The translations under genes were made by a program, and so were the position numbers. The notes below the pieces were generated by a model, which worked only from the letters and a program-made list of their open reading frames with translations, was not told the origin of the DNA and searched no databases. From Octopus bimaculoides (taxonomy: Eukaryota): a stretch of DNA of 64,000 nucleotides. Shown one piece after another: positions 1 through 12,893 of the stretch. The stretch covers positions 44,325,664 to 44,389,663 of the forward strand of contig NC_068983.1 of assembly GCF_001194135.2 (NCBI RefSeq). The letters are read 5' to 3'. The first letter of the stretch is position 1, and each line of letters opens with the position of its first letter.

Positions 1-807
1 CTTGCTGCTTGTTAGATAATGATTCATCTGACTAAACACAAGATTCTATTTATTAAGAAGAATCCGGTCCAGTCCGGTCCGGTCTGGTGTTAATCAATTG
101 AATAATTAACTGATACTTTATATCATTGTCCCCCAGGGACATTGAAAGGCAAAATTAATTTGGTGGAATTTGAAGCAAAAAATATGCAAGAGGTCAGATG
201 CCATAAAGCAACTGAATTAGACTTAACATTTTATTTTTATATATTTTTTGTTAATATGCTTGCATAAATATGTTTGATGAAATGGCGACATTAAAAAGAA
301 TGTAGTTTTCACACTTCAAGAGACTGGAAAGATCTTTTGCAAGAAACTTATTTAACATCCACTTTTCCATGGTTAGGTGGAGTTTATTGAAGCAGATTTT
401 CCTAGAGCTGGATGCTCTTGATGCTGCCAACGCTCACCTATTACCACCAAGTAAGGTAATATTTCCTCATGACCAGACTCACTTTCCATGGAAGATTGAA
501 AATGAATGACACTGCTTCTATGGTCAAATATCTTTACATCTTTCATACCAAGGAGAGACATACATATACAACGGGTTCCATTCAGTTTCATTCTATCAAA
601 CCTACTCCTTAAGCTTTTGTTGGCCTGTAGCTATTAGATCTTACTCAAGGCACCACACAATAGGACTGAATCCAAAAACCATTTGACTGAAAAGCAAACT
701 TCTTAATTACACACACACACACACACACACATATGTGTATGTGTGTGTGTATTATATATCATTTAGNNNNNNNNNNCACATATGTGTATGTGTGTGTGTA
801 TTATATA

Positions 808-1125
808 TCATTTAGCATCCATTGTCCATGCTGGCATGGGTTGGACGGTTTAACCAGGGCTGACAAACTGGAAGGCTACGCCAGACACCAGTCCGATTTG
901 ACATGGTTTCTACAGCTGGATGCCCTTCCTAATGCCAACCACTCCCAGAGTGTAATGGGTGCTGTTACATGCTACCGGCACAGGTGCCATTTGCGTGACA
1001 CCAGTATCTGCCACGACTGTAATTTCACTTGGCTTGATGGGTCTTCTCAAGCACAACATAATGCTAAAGGTATCGGTCATTTGTCATTGCCTCCGTGAGG
1101 CCCAACACTCATAAGGAGCTCAGCT
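808..1125 (-). mobile_element. RTE-clade LINE 3' end with short 3' UTR
   Basis: C-terminal relic GLTEAMTNDRYL*HYVVLEKTHQAK* followed by the same terminal module as 35935-36562. Confidence 0.75.
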
Positions 1126-3330
1126 ACTTTGCCTATGACAGGCACAGGTGGCTGCATACTAAGGTTTACTTCCCAACCACATAGTTCCAGGTTGTTCCAC
1201 AGTGTGGCACCTACATAGGCTGACCAAAGCCTTGTGAGTGGATTTAGGAGATGGAAACTGGAAGCTCATCGTTTGTCCCCGTCTCCTACCACCTCTTGAC
1301 AATCAGTGTTGGTCTGTTTGCTTCCCTGTAACTTAGCCATTCAACAAAAGAGACCAATAGAATAAGTACCAAGCTTCGGTGCTCCAGCATGGCCACAGAC
1401 AAATAAATGATATATGGTGTGCATGTGTATATGGGCCTTTTTTTTTGTTTACCATTTTACCTTTATCAATGAAAACCAAGGACATGGTGTTAGACTAAAT
1501 GGTCATTGGTTTTGCCTTTTTTCTTTTACTACTCCCAACTCAAGAACTGTGGCCATGCTGGGGCATCATTATTATTGAGGTTTTTGTTGAGTGGTTTTTG
1601 CAATCTGAATCTGTTCAAGAAAGTTACTAGGAATAGGTAGCAGACCACACACTTTCATTTACTACCAAGGAAAGTTGTTTTTGTTCTATAACACAATGAA
1701 ATCTGAGTGAAGCACTCACTGGCTCACAAGCGGCCCACTGAAACCAAAAATTATAATTACCTATTTGCCCATCACATCTAAATGGCTATCAATGGTTGGT
1801 TGAAAAAATTACATTTCATAAGATCTCTCTCTCTTTCTCTCTATCTTTCCGTCATTATTTTGTTGTTAATCTCTGTCACCACCTATTAAAGGATTTAGTT
1901 TAACCACTGAAGGAATTAACCAAATTCCTAGAAAAGGTGATTAAATCACCTTCACATTCACCCCTCCAACACATTGACTCATTTTTCTTTCGGAGCAGAA
2001 ATTACCACTGATTACTATTTATGCAATTTGGGGATATTCTTGTGTTAATAATTATTTATAGTTTGCCACCATTTACAGCTGTCAGAAATTTCAACATAGT
2101 TTATTTTGAAAGTCAAAGGTTGCGGCTGCAAGCTGTTTATTTTTGTCACTGCCTCCTGTTTTTTTATTCATTCTCAACTAGACATTTACCATTTGATTTT
2201 TTAAAAATAAGAGTGGGAGATGAAACAACAATGTGTTGATGTTCATGCCTTTTCCGACTAAGACTTATTGAGGCAAGCGAAAGCGAAATTGTGATGGCAC
2301 TTGTGCCCAGCATCGCCTTTCTGGCACTTGTGCCCATGGCATGTGTAAGGACTTCGAGCGAGATCGTTACCAGTGCCCCTGGACTGGCTCTTGTGCGGGT
2401 GGCACATAAAATACACCATTTTGAGCGTGGCCGTTGCCAGTAGTGCCTGACTGGCCTTCATGCTGGTGGAACGTAAAAAGCACCCACTACACTCTCTGAG
2501 TGGTTGTCGTTAGGAAGNNNNNNNNNNNNNNNNNNNNNNNNNNNNNNNNNNNNNNNNNNNNNNNNNNNNNNNNNNNNNNNNNNNNNNNNNNNNNNNNNNN
2601 NNNNNNNNNNNNNNNNNNNNNNNNNNNNNNNNNNNNNNNNNNNNNNNNNNNNNNNNNNNNNNNNNNNNNNNNNNNNNNNNNNNNNNNNNNNNNNNNNNNN
2701 NNNNNNNNNNNNNNNNNNNNNNNNNNNNNNNNNNNNNNNNNNNNNNNNNNNNNNNNNNNNNNNNNNNNNNNNNNNNNNNNNNNNNNNNNNNNNNNNNNNN
2801 NNNNNNNNNNNNNNNNNNNNNNNNNNNNNNNNNNNNNNNNNNNNNNNNNNNNNNNNNNNNNNNNNNNNNNNNNNNNNNNNNNNNNNNNNNNNNNNNNNNN
2901 NNNNNNNNNNNNNNNNNNNNNNNNNNNNNNNNNNNNNNNNNNNNNNNNNNNNNNNNNNNNNNNNNNNNNNNNNNNNNNNNNNNNNNNNNNNNNNNNNNNN
3001 NNNNNNNNNNNNNNNNNNNNNNNNNNNNNNNNNNNNNNNNNNNNNNNNNNNNNNNNNNNNNNNNNNNNNNNNNNNNNNNNNNNNNNNNNNNNNNNNNNNN
3101 NNNNNNNNNNNNNNNNNNNNNNNNNNNNNNNNNNNNNNNNNNNNNNNNNNNNNNNNNNNNNNNNNNNNNNNNNNNNNNNNNNNNNNNNNNNNNNNNNNNN
3201 NNNNNNNNNNNNNNNNNNNNNNNNNNNNNNNNNNNNNNNNNNNNNNNNNNNNNNNNNNNNNNNNNNNNNNNNNNNNNNNNNNNNNNNNNNNNNNNNNNNN
3301 NNNNNNNNNNNNNGACACAAACACACACAA

Positions 3331-3361
<31 letters not shown>

Positions 3362-5287
3362 TGACCGGCTTCTTTCAGTTTCCGTCTACCAAATCCACTC
3401 AAGGCTTAATAGAACTCACTTGCCCAAGTTACCATGCAGTGGGATTGAACCCGGAACCATGTGGTTGGTAAGCAAACTTCTTCCCAAACAGCCACTTCTG
3501 CCACTCCTATAAATAAAAATCTCTTGCTGTCCATAATTTCTCTTAAAGCAACATGATGGACCCCTACCAACTCTATTCCTTTAGAAGCTTCCTGGGTTTG
3601 TGGTAAACGAATAAAAAATACTTCAGACTACATAATAGGCCTAGTTTTTTCCTTTTTAATTAAAACAGAAATGATAGATATTGATCATTAGCTCCAATAA
3701 ACAGTAATCAAGAATCAATATCAGTTTTTGAGTCACCTTAAAGAACATATTGCCAATAAACATATTTTTAGATGTTTTGAAGGAAAACCATTTAATGCTT
3801 TGTTTACCAGATTCCTGGTGATTTTCTTCCTCTTCCCTGTAGATATAACATATTTAGACAAGTTGGGAAATGTTTACAGCTGAGAATGGTAGAATAATTT
3901 AAAGGAACTTCAGTCCTGCTGTGTAGTACTTTGGACAAGGGATTTTTACTATAGATCTATGCCAACCAAAGCTTTGTGATCAGATTTTGTAGGCAGAAAC
4001 TGAAAGAAGCCCATCATGGATGTATGGCAAAAAGTTTGCTTTCCAACCACATGGCACATTGGGCAAGTGTTTACTATAACCGCAGGCTGACCAAAAGTCA
4101 GTGAGTGGATTTGGTAGATGAAAACTGAAAGAAGCCTGTTGTGTTACTGTCTTCTTGCCTTGAAACTGCTTGATAGTTGTAAACAATGATCACTGTAATG
4201 CAAGCAGTGTCCATTTCCACTATTTTGGAAATTGTCTGGTCATTATTACTTTACCTGAGGATTGGTGACAGGAAGGGCATCAGCTGCAGAAAATCTGCCT
4301 CAAATTCTGTCCAACCCATGCAAGCATGGAACAGTAGACATTGAAACAACAATATAGATGACATGCACACAAACATTCATGGAAGATTGTTATATTACTT
4401 ACAATGAGAGAAAGAAGTATTACAGTAAAATGGACAGATTTTTCACAGAAGATTGCAGACAAATTAAGCTGTTTGTATGAATGATGATTATGTTTACAAT
4501 CAATGCACAAATGTCAAGAGACACACACACATACAATATACATAAGTACACAACAGGCTTCTTACAGTTTCCTTCTACCAAATTCATTTACAAAGACTTG
4601 GTCAGCCCAGGGTCATACAAAATGCTTAAGTGCGCTATGTTGAGGGACTGAACCCATAGCCAAAGAGTTACATTTCAAACTTCTTAACCATATAGCCATG
4701 CCTGAAATGCCTTTGATAATATGCCTAATAGGGACTAGCTGGGGGCTAAGTTATAACAAAGCCATTTTACGCTCACACACATTGTAGCAATGTTATGATG
4801 TTAATTCAAATTTTTCAGATACTGAGCTTGCATGAGCCAAAAATAAGTTATGAGCGATGATGGGGGAAAGGCCTTCATGAAGTATGAAGAGTTGAGCAAG
4901 AAGCACTGGATGCTCTGTATGAAATGAGTAATATGTTGAGTATGGTATTGAGAAAGTAACCTATGTTTTGTGGAGGTATTGGCTTGTGAGTAATAAGTCA
5001 GCGTTGGTATTGATATGGAATGAAAGAAAATGAAATATCAGATATTGCTGTTGTTTTTGTGGTAGTTATTAAATGGGGGCTAAAAGAGGCACAGCTAAAA
5101 TCTAAATTCTATAGAGAAACTGTCAAGATTTTCAGATCCTTTTTCAAGTTCTTGATTTAATTAAATAAACAATTAGATACTGTCATTGATGACAATGCCT
5201 TTTTGTTTATAAAATTAGCCATGCCTGTTTAATAGAAAGCATTAACATAATTATATAATAATAATAATAAAAATTATAATAATAATA

Positions 5288-5475
5288 TACTCAGAAAACT
5301 GCTTTATTGGGAACAGCAAAGAATTTGAGATCAGCACTTGGATGTTAAGTATTGTGGAAAGGGACCCTCTGAAACCCTTGACAACAGGCTGTTGTCCACT
5401 CTTACAGAATTAGCCGAAGCAAATCAAATTGAGACCTTTGAGAAGTGAAATGAAAATAATAATAATAATGATGAT
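5288..5475 (+). mobile_element. Third R4/Dong-type extreme 3' fragment
   Basis: QKTALLGTAKNLRSALGC* (5292-5348) plus a 3' UTR, bounded by TAA repeats on both sides. Confidence 0.7.
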
Positions 5476-7292
5476 AAATCATTGATGATGAATATATTAA
5501 ATGAAAAGAAATTCTTGCAAAGAAAATAACAGCAGCATTGAATTGAAACATTGCCATTAAGTCAGAAACCCAGGGATCAAGAGCTCTAATTATTCAGAAA
5601 TTTAATGAATGAACAAAAAGGAAAAAAATTCTATATTATTCATGAACAGAAAATATTTTCAATTGCTGTTTGTTCCAAACGTTTGACATCTCACATTTAT
5701 TCCATGTCTGTTGGTAGATTAGAGTGGAATTATTCTAAACCGCAAAAGTAATGTCAATAATGTCAATTAGACATCAAATGGAGAGGTTAGGGGGAGGGGA
5801 AGAAAATGTAGAATCATAACATTTCCCCATTTAAGAATTTCAAAAGAAAAAAACGAAACTCACTAAATAGAAATTAAAACTAGGCTGTAAGCTTCATTTG
5901 CACGCATCACAATGATGAGAGAAAACTCACATTTAAAGGAATGGAAGGTTACGTAATAAAACAGAAACAAAGAGAAATGCTAATGCCTGAAAATTGATCC
6001 CAAGGTAGAAGACATTCTTTGATAATAGAGTGAATCAGCTAGAAAACTTGTAGACAGCTTCCATGACAACAAAATGTTCTTTCTCAAAGACAGACAGGCT
6101 TACATAACGGTAATTTGTTCAGCTTTTGTCCCAGCTGTCAGTAACTAAATGGGTTGAAAAATACGTTCACTAAAACAGTAACAACAACAACAACAATAAA
6201 ATCTACCCTCCTTGGAATAGCTCATTTTCTTAGAAAGGTACTGTCTGACTAAGGCCTTTTGTCAAGGCTTGACAGTTAACATGAAATAAAATATTTAAAA
6301 AAAAAAATTAAAAAACAGCATTTTCTCTTCATACTACACAACAGAATATGTTCACAAATTTTAACCCAAGGCCACTGGCACTTTACTGGTTATGACAAGA
6401 GTTCCACTTGATCTGATCAACAGTACGGCTTGCTCATGAAATTAACAAGTGGCTGAGTATTCCACAGACACGTGTACCCTTAATGTAATTCTCAGGGAGA
6501 GTCAATGTGACACAGAGTATGACAAGGCTGGCCCCTTTGAAATACAGGTACTACTCATTTTTATCAGCTGAGTGGACTGGAGTAATGTGAAATAAGGTGT
6601 CTAGCTCAAGGACACAATGCATCACCAGGAATTGAACTTACGACCTCACAATTGTGAGCTGAATTCCATAACCATAAAGCCATGTGCCTTCACCCTCAAT
6701 AACAACAACAACACTACAAGCAACACCCTGCAACATGAGATTGTCCTTTCAGCACTGAATTTAATTTTCTAAACTGAATTAAAGTAGAGTTTGACTCAAA
6801 ATCCTAAAATAAGAAAAGCAAACAGAATGACAAATGAAATGAATAGGCAACAGGTGTTCCTTAATAACAAAATAGCTTCTTTGTAGTCATCTGAACTAAA
6901 CTGGTAAAGAACATGGTAGATTCTCAATACCTCTCCAGTTCCAAATATTGGTTTTGTTGTCTACACCTGAACAAAATACAGAATACGTTTAAGAAAGAGA
7001 GAGGACAAGAATATGTCTTGAGTGAATCTGGCAAATGGAAACTATACAAAGCCTGATTTGTGTGCTTTTGTGTGAATGTTTAGATTCTGCATTTTGCAAG
7101 GAAGTCAGTGAGCTTCAAAAAATCATCCAGGAGCTGTGTACTTTCAAAGCCGAGTTGAATGAATGAAAACTTTACCTGGAAAGCAAATAAGAGTTAGCAA
7201 GAAGAAGGGCATACAGCTATAAATAAATAAACTATTTATTCCATGCCAACATATAAAATGGTTAAATGATGCTGATAGATTATATATAATTG

Positions 7293-7328
<36 letters not shown>

Positions 7329-8233
7329 ATTTGTTTATTCAGTGCAACAATCTGACAGCTTTGAGAGTTAATGTCTGAAATCCTTTAATCATTTGCTTAA
7401 AGTCAACATCCCAATCCTATCATATTTGCTGGTTCCAACAGAACCGTTAAAAAAACTTTTTTATTGTATTTCAGTGATTGAACTAAGGTTTGAACTCTCA
7501 ACAGACAGAGCCAAATATATCGTGTCCAGTACATTACCAACTTACTGCCCTGAACTGATGTCTTATTCATTGATCCAGAATGCATGAAGGGTAAAGTTGA
7601 CCTAGGATTTGAACTTGGGTGCAGAAAGTCAAAACAAAAACTCGAGAGCATTTTACCAATTCTGCCAATCCAACATCACTATATATCTTATCTTTTGTTT
7701 CAGTCATTAGATTGCGACCATGCTGGAACATCACCTCGAATTTTTAGTCAAATGACTACCTCAGAACTTTTTAAGCTTGGTACTTATTCTATTGGTCGCT
7801 TTTGTTGAAATGCTAAGTTAAGAGGACATAAACGCATCAACATTGGTTGTCAAGCAGTAGCGGGGGACAAACACACACACACACGACTAGCTTCTTTCGG
7901 TTTCCGTCTAACAAATCAACTCACAAAGCTTTGGTCAGCCCAGGCTATAACTGGACGCATTCCCAAGGTGCCATGCAGTAGGACTGAATCCAGAACCTTG
8001 TGGTTGGGAAGCAAGCTTCTTATCACAGCTATGCCTGCACCTACAAACACACATACAAGGAGAGATAGCATAAGAGTAAGTGTCTCATAAGAAATATTCT
8101 CATATTGAATGTCCAATTAAGAAATAGCAAACTATATTTTCAGTAATTTTAAACAAAACAGAATTTGATTTGTTAAAAGGGGTGGTGGAGGAGGATGTAA
8201 ATGCATTTCTTATATTGTAGGTTATTTTAAGTA

Positions 8234-8576
8234 TAAACAAGAGCACTCAGAGTGCAAACCTCCTCTGCCAAGGCAACACCAATGTCCTCTCAACAATTAG
8301 CCAGAGATGATTTTTAAAATAAGAATATCTGAAAAAAACTCAACTGCTCTCACAAACAAGAATACTAAAAATGAACCCGACTGCTCTCAAAGATTAAGTA
8401 AAAATAATAGGAAAAATAATCCAGAATCCTTGTCCATTTCATGCCAGTCACAAGGCTAAACATCCCTGAAAGTTTCATCCGAATCCATGCAGCAGTTCTT
8501 CAGATATCTTGTCCACAGACAAACAAACAAACATGACTGTAAACAATACCACCACCTTCGTTAAGGCAGAGGTAAT
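8234..8576 (+). mobile_element. Helentron-associated non-autonomous element (HINE/DINE-like)
   Basis: Subterminal inverted repeats acctc..ctgcc / ggcagaggt, an internal (ACAA)n tract and an aagtttcatccgaatcc motif. The family assignment comes from remembered architecture. Confidence 0.55.
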
Positions 8577-9689
8577 AAAACATTTGATAAACTCATTGTA
8601 GATAGTTCATACAATCAGTTATTGTTGAAGAACCCAAGTTGCTGTACTACAGTCTAAGCTGGTGGTTGTGTGGTTAAGAAGTTGGCTTCCCAACCATGTG
8701 GTTGTGGGTTCAAGTAAGTATCTCTGACTATAAGATTGGGCTGATCAATGCCTTGTGAGTAAATTTTGTAGATGGAAACTGGAAGAAGCTAGTCATTTAC
8801 ATGCATGCATTCTTATTTTAACATTGTGATGTTTGGAAAATGAGCAGCACCATCATGTAAGTGATGCTGTTCATTTCCATACTTCTATGGAAAATATGTC
8901 TGACTATGGGAAAGGAAATATTTGGAATGAGGTGATTGGAAGCGAGAAGAAAATTTGCTTCAAGGAATACCATGTGACATATGCAAACAAAGCGGTGGAC
9001 GATGGTGGTAGATGAAAGGTTACAACATCATTTAAGATCAAAATTCTTGCAAATTCTTGCAAATAAATTTCAAAATTGAAAAACCAAAAAGTAACAAAAA
9101 GTATCAGAGTCGGAACTGAACTATAAACATCACATGAATGATTGATTCTAGATCCACATTCTAAGACTGATTTCGATCAGAAAAGTTTTAAGAGTTTTAT
9201 AAATAAATCTAATTTCAGCACATGGAATACATTAACATTTACAAGAAACAAACATAACAAATAAATAGAATTTATTCACTATTAAAGTCCATCTCTGATT
9301 GCTTTGAAGCTAATTTGTAACAGATGAAATTATGAATGTTACAAGATATTTATTTGAAATAATTCATTAAACTTCATTTTTTTGTATTAAAATTTTTGTA
9401 ACAAATTTTCCATTCAAAATAATTCCATGAGTCATGAGAGTTTCTTTTCTTTTTTAAATTTCTTCAATACTTGATTTTTATACTCTCGTTAAAATGAAAG
9501 TCTCCTATTACAGTGTAATGCCATTACAGCAAGTAAAGTGCTCTGCTTTGCTTATTTTCTTTCTTTTCTTTCTTAAGTCAACTGCTTCTACAAATTACCA
9601 ACAACTGCTTCATAGTAAACAACTGCACGACTGAGTAAACAGCAGCAAGAAAAGTACAACTTAGATATGCATTTTGTTATTACCTCTTT

Positions 9690-10010
9690 GTGAAGGCAAG
9701 TGGTTAAGTGGTTAAGTCATTTGACTCACACATGTAAGACCATGAGTTCGATTCCTGGCAGTGCATTGTGTCTTTGAGCAAGAGACCTTTTTTCACATTA
9801 CCCCAGTCCACTCAGCTGGCAAGAATGAGTTGTACCTGTAATTCAAAGGGCCGGCCTTGTCACATTCTGTGTCATGCTGAATCTCCTGAGAATTACATTA
9901 AGGGCACGTATGTCTGTGGAGCACTAGGCCACTTGCACGTTAATTTTATGAATGGGCTGTTCTGAAGATATTTGGTTACGATATGAATTCCAGTTGATTC
10001 AGAGTGCCAG
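9690..10010 (+). mobile_element. SINE family D (gtgaaggc...gagttcgattcc...tgtgtc(c/t)ttgagcaagacactt)
   Basis: tRNA-like head; other copies at 6372-6692 (-) and 27998-28215 (+). Confidence 0.75.
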
Positions 10011-10657
10011 ACCTCTTTGTTACTGATTTACTTGAGCAAAACTGAGGTTAGTACATGGGTTAGATGAAGTTAGTGGAAGCAGATTTTCTGCAGCTTCATG
10101 TCCTTCTTGTTGCCAACCCTCACCAGTTTCCAAATAAAGTAAAGTTTCCCTATGGCAGGACATGCTTTCATGAAAGATTGGAAATGGATGATACAGCATG
10201 TATGGCAGTGATACTCATTCACAACAACTGTACAATGTCAAAACAAGAAAAAAAAAAAACACACACACACACGTGTGCATGTGCGTGTATATACACATAC
10301 ATACATGATGAGCTTTTAAAGCTTATGGCTCTCAAATCCAGTCATAGGGCTTTAGTTGGTTTAGCTGAATAATGGAAGACACTTGCCCAAGGTACCCATA
10401 CAGTAGGACTGAACCCAAAACCTCACCAGCAACAACAACAATTATTTACCTGTGTTCATCACACACCTACAGCATTTTTTTTTATTCTTTTGCTTCAGTT
10501 ACTTGACTGCAGCCATGCTGGAGCGCTGCCTTTAGTTGAACAAGTTGAGCGGAGGACATTCTTTGTAAGTCTAGTGCTTATTCTGCCGGTCTTTTGCTAA
10601 ACCGATAAGTTATGGGAACGTAAACACACCAGCACCGGTTGTCAAGCGATGTTGGGA

Positions 10658-10712
<55 letters not shown>

Positions 10713-11342
10713 TGGGCTTCTTTCAGTTTCCATCTACCAAATGCACTCAAGGCTTTGGTTGGCCCAAGGCTATAGTAAGACACTTGCCCAAGGTGCCATA
10801 CAGTGGGACTGAACCTAGAACCATGTGATTGGGAAGCAAACTTCTTACCACACATCCACGGCTGTGCCAAGTTTGCTATGTCTCGTGGTTATTCTTTATA
10901 AAAAATCAATCTACATGCCAAGTTAAATCAATAAACAGGAGACGAACACACAATCTGTTACGAAACTGGCACAGTTTTCAGTTGAGTGACTGCTTCAGTT
11001 AAATTCCCATCTCTGCCAAAAAGAAAGATTGAAAATCAGACATGATTGGACAGAAAGACACATTCAGGCAGATTATGTTGCTGTAAGACTGACCATATAT
11101 CTACATGCATTATCCTCTATCGTTTATTTGTTTCAGCCAGTAGGCAGTGGCCATGCTGGGGCACTGCATTGAAGAATTCTAGGTAAACTAGCTGACCCCA
11201 GTCCTTTTTTTTTTTGCTTTAAAGCTTGGTACTTATTCTATCAGCTTCTTTTGCTGAATTGCTAATGTTGCAGGGATGTAAACAGACCACCACCGGTTAT
11301 GTGGTGGTGGAAGCAAAGACAGACACACACACACTTTCAGTT

Positions 11343-11561
11343 TCTTATTTCTTTACTGCCCGCAAGGGGCTACAAACAGATGGGACAAACGGATTAAGTC
11401 GATTATATCAACCCCAGTGCATAACTGGTACTTATTTAATTGACCCCGAAAGGATGAAATGTAAAGTCGACCTCGGCGGAATTTGAACTCAGAATGTAAT
11501 GGCAGACGAAATACCGCTAAGCATTTCGCCCGTTATGCTAATGTTTCTGCCAGCTCGCCGC
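11343..11561 (-). mobile_element. SINE family B (ggcgagctggcagaa...gagttcaaattccgccgaggtcgac...)
   Basis: tRNA-like A/B boxes. Other copies at ~50070-50192, 50219-50411, 50441-50630, 51520-51730, 52198-52400, 62013-62162 and 63620-63800. Confidence 0.8.
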
Positions 11562-12849
11562 CTTTCAGTTTCTATCAACCAAATCCACTCACAAGACTTC
11601 GGTTGGCCCGAGGCTATAATAAAAGACATTTGCCCAAGGTGCTATACAGCAGGACTGAACCTGGAACCATGTGGTTGGGAAGCAAACTTCATACCACACA
11701 GACATATCAATGTCTTGAGCAAAATTACAACTAAACATTTTTGGTATATTCATTCGATGATTAGTTATTTTGTTGAGTCTACAGTCAAGGAAGTGTGGAT
11801 ACTTTACAACTTAAACCATTAACAAAAAAACATGAACGAGTATGGTTGGCCGAAAGAAATGCATCAGGTTGGAAAACACCTGTAGTGACAGTAAAGAAAA
11901 CTGGCACAGGTGCATAGGTAAAAAAAAAAAAAAAAAAGCTCGTTTTGTGAGCACACGGTTTTGAGTTCAGTCCCATTGCACAACTCCTTGGGTAAGTTAG
12001 TGTCTTCTACTATAACCCTAGGTCAATCAATGCCTTGTGAATTTGGTTGATGGAAACTGTGGATGAAGGCACTAAGTGTGTATGACTGTCCCCACCCACA
12101 TCTCTTGACAGCCAGTGTAGATTCATCTTCTCATAACTTAGAAGTTTGGTAAAAGAATGACAGAGTAAGTAACAGACTTCAACCAAAATAGGTACTGGGG
12201 CTGGTTTGTTCAATTAAACGCTTCAAGGTAGTGCCCCAGTATGGCCATGGTCCAATGACTAAAACAAGAAAAAAGTTCCCTAAGGTGCAGTTAGCCCCAA
12301 GGCAGTAACTGACCTAATTCTTCTACCCTATCATAGTCATCTGTTCAAACACACGCGCACACACACACTGTAAATTCTAAATCCTGACTATAAATACATG
12401 CTTTTAGTTGCCAAATTAGATTATTCTTTTTCCTACATTTGATAAAGTAATCTGATAAAAGCTAAACAATAATGGTTATCAAACAACAATGAAACAAATA
12501 TAAAACAATGAAAGCTACTACATCACCACAAAGTCAGTTATGGCAAGCTCCGGCTTCTTTAGTTTGGCTGTGTGTTTTAAGTCAAAAACTTTTGTTTATA
12601 TTTCACATTAAGTTAGCAGAGTGGAAGCTGACAAGTCTGACCCTAATGTCATCAAGGACAATATCACTCCACAGAGTAGCATGCTATTATTATTTATTGC
12701 TGGTATTGCTGAGTGAGTAAAGTGTGGGGGTGGAGCTATATTTCCTGTTGGGGGTTGGGCTGACAGCAAGTGCTTAACCCAAAGCTAGAAACCACAACAA
12801 TTGTAACATCCTCTTTGTTGCGCGTGCACCACGGATGCACAAGCTCAAA

Positions 12850-12893
<44 letters not shown>

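Noticed and set aside
726-816. Direct repeat on both sides of a 10-N gap (also 39177-39290 and ~46660-46700)
   Set aside because: Identical sequence abutting a tiny gap is the signature of an unmerged contig overlap, not biology.
2458-3471. Long ORF-track entries spanning N runs (also at 18.0, 23.4, 34.2, 47.6, 53.8 and 62.7 kb)
   Set aside because: They are open only because N codons are not stops; the remaining residues are microsatellite translations.
10960-11020. Minus-strand DGNLTEAVTQLKTVP after a strong acceptor, loosely resembling the PH-domain DGELTY motif
   Set aside because: An in-frame stop follows, the WQRR/FVLY context is missing, and there is no good donor; not accepted as MPRIP exon 2 or 3.
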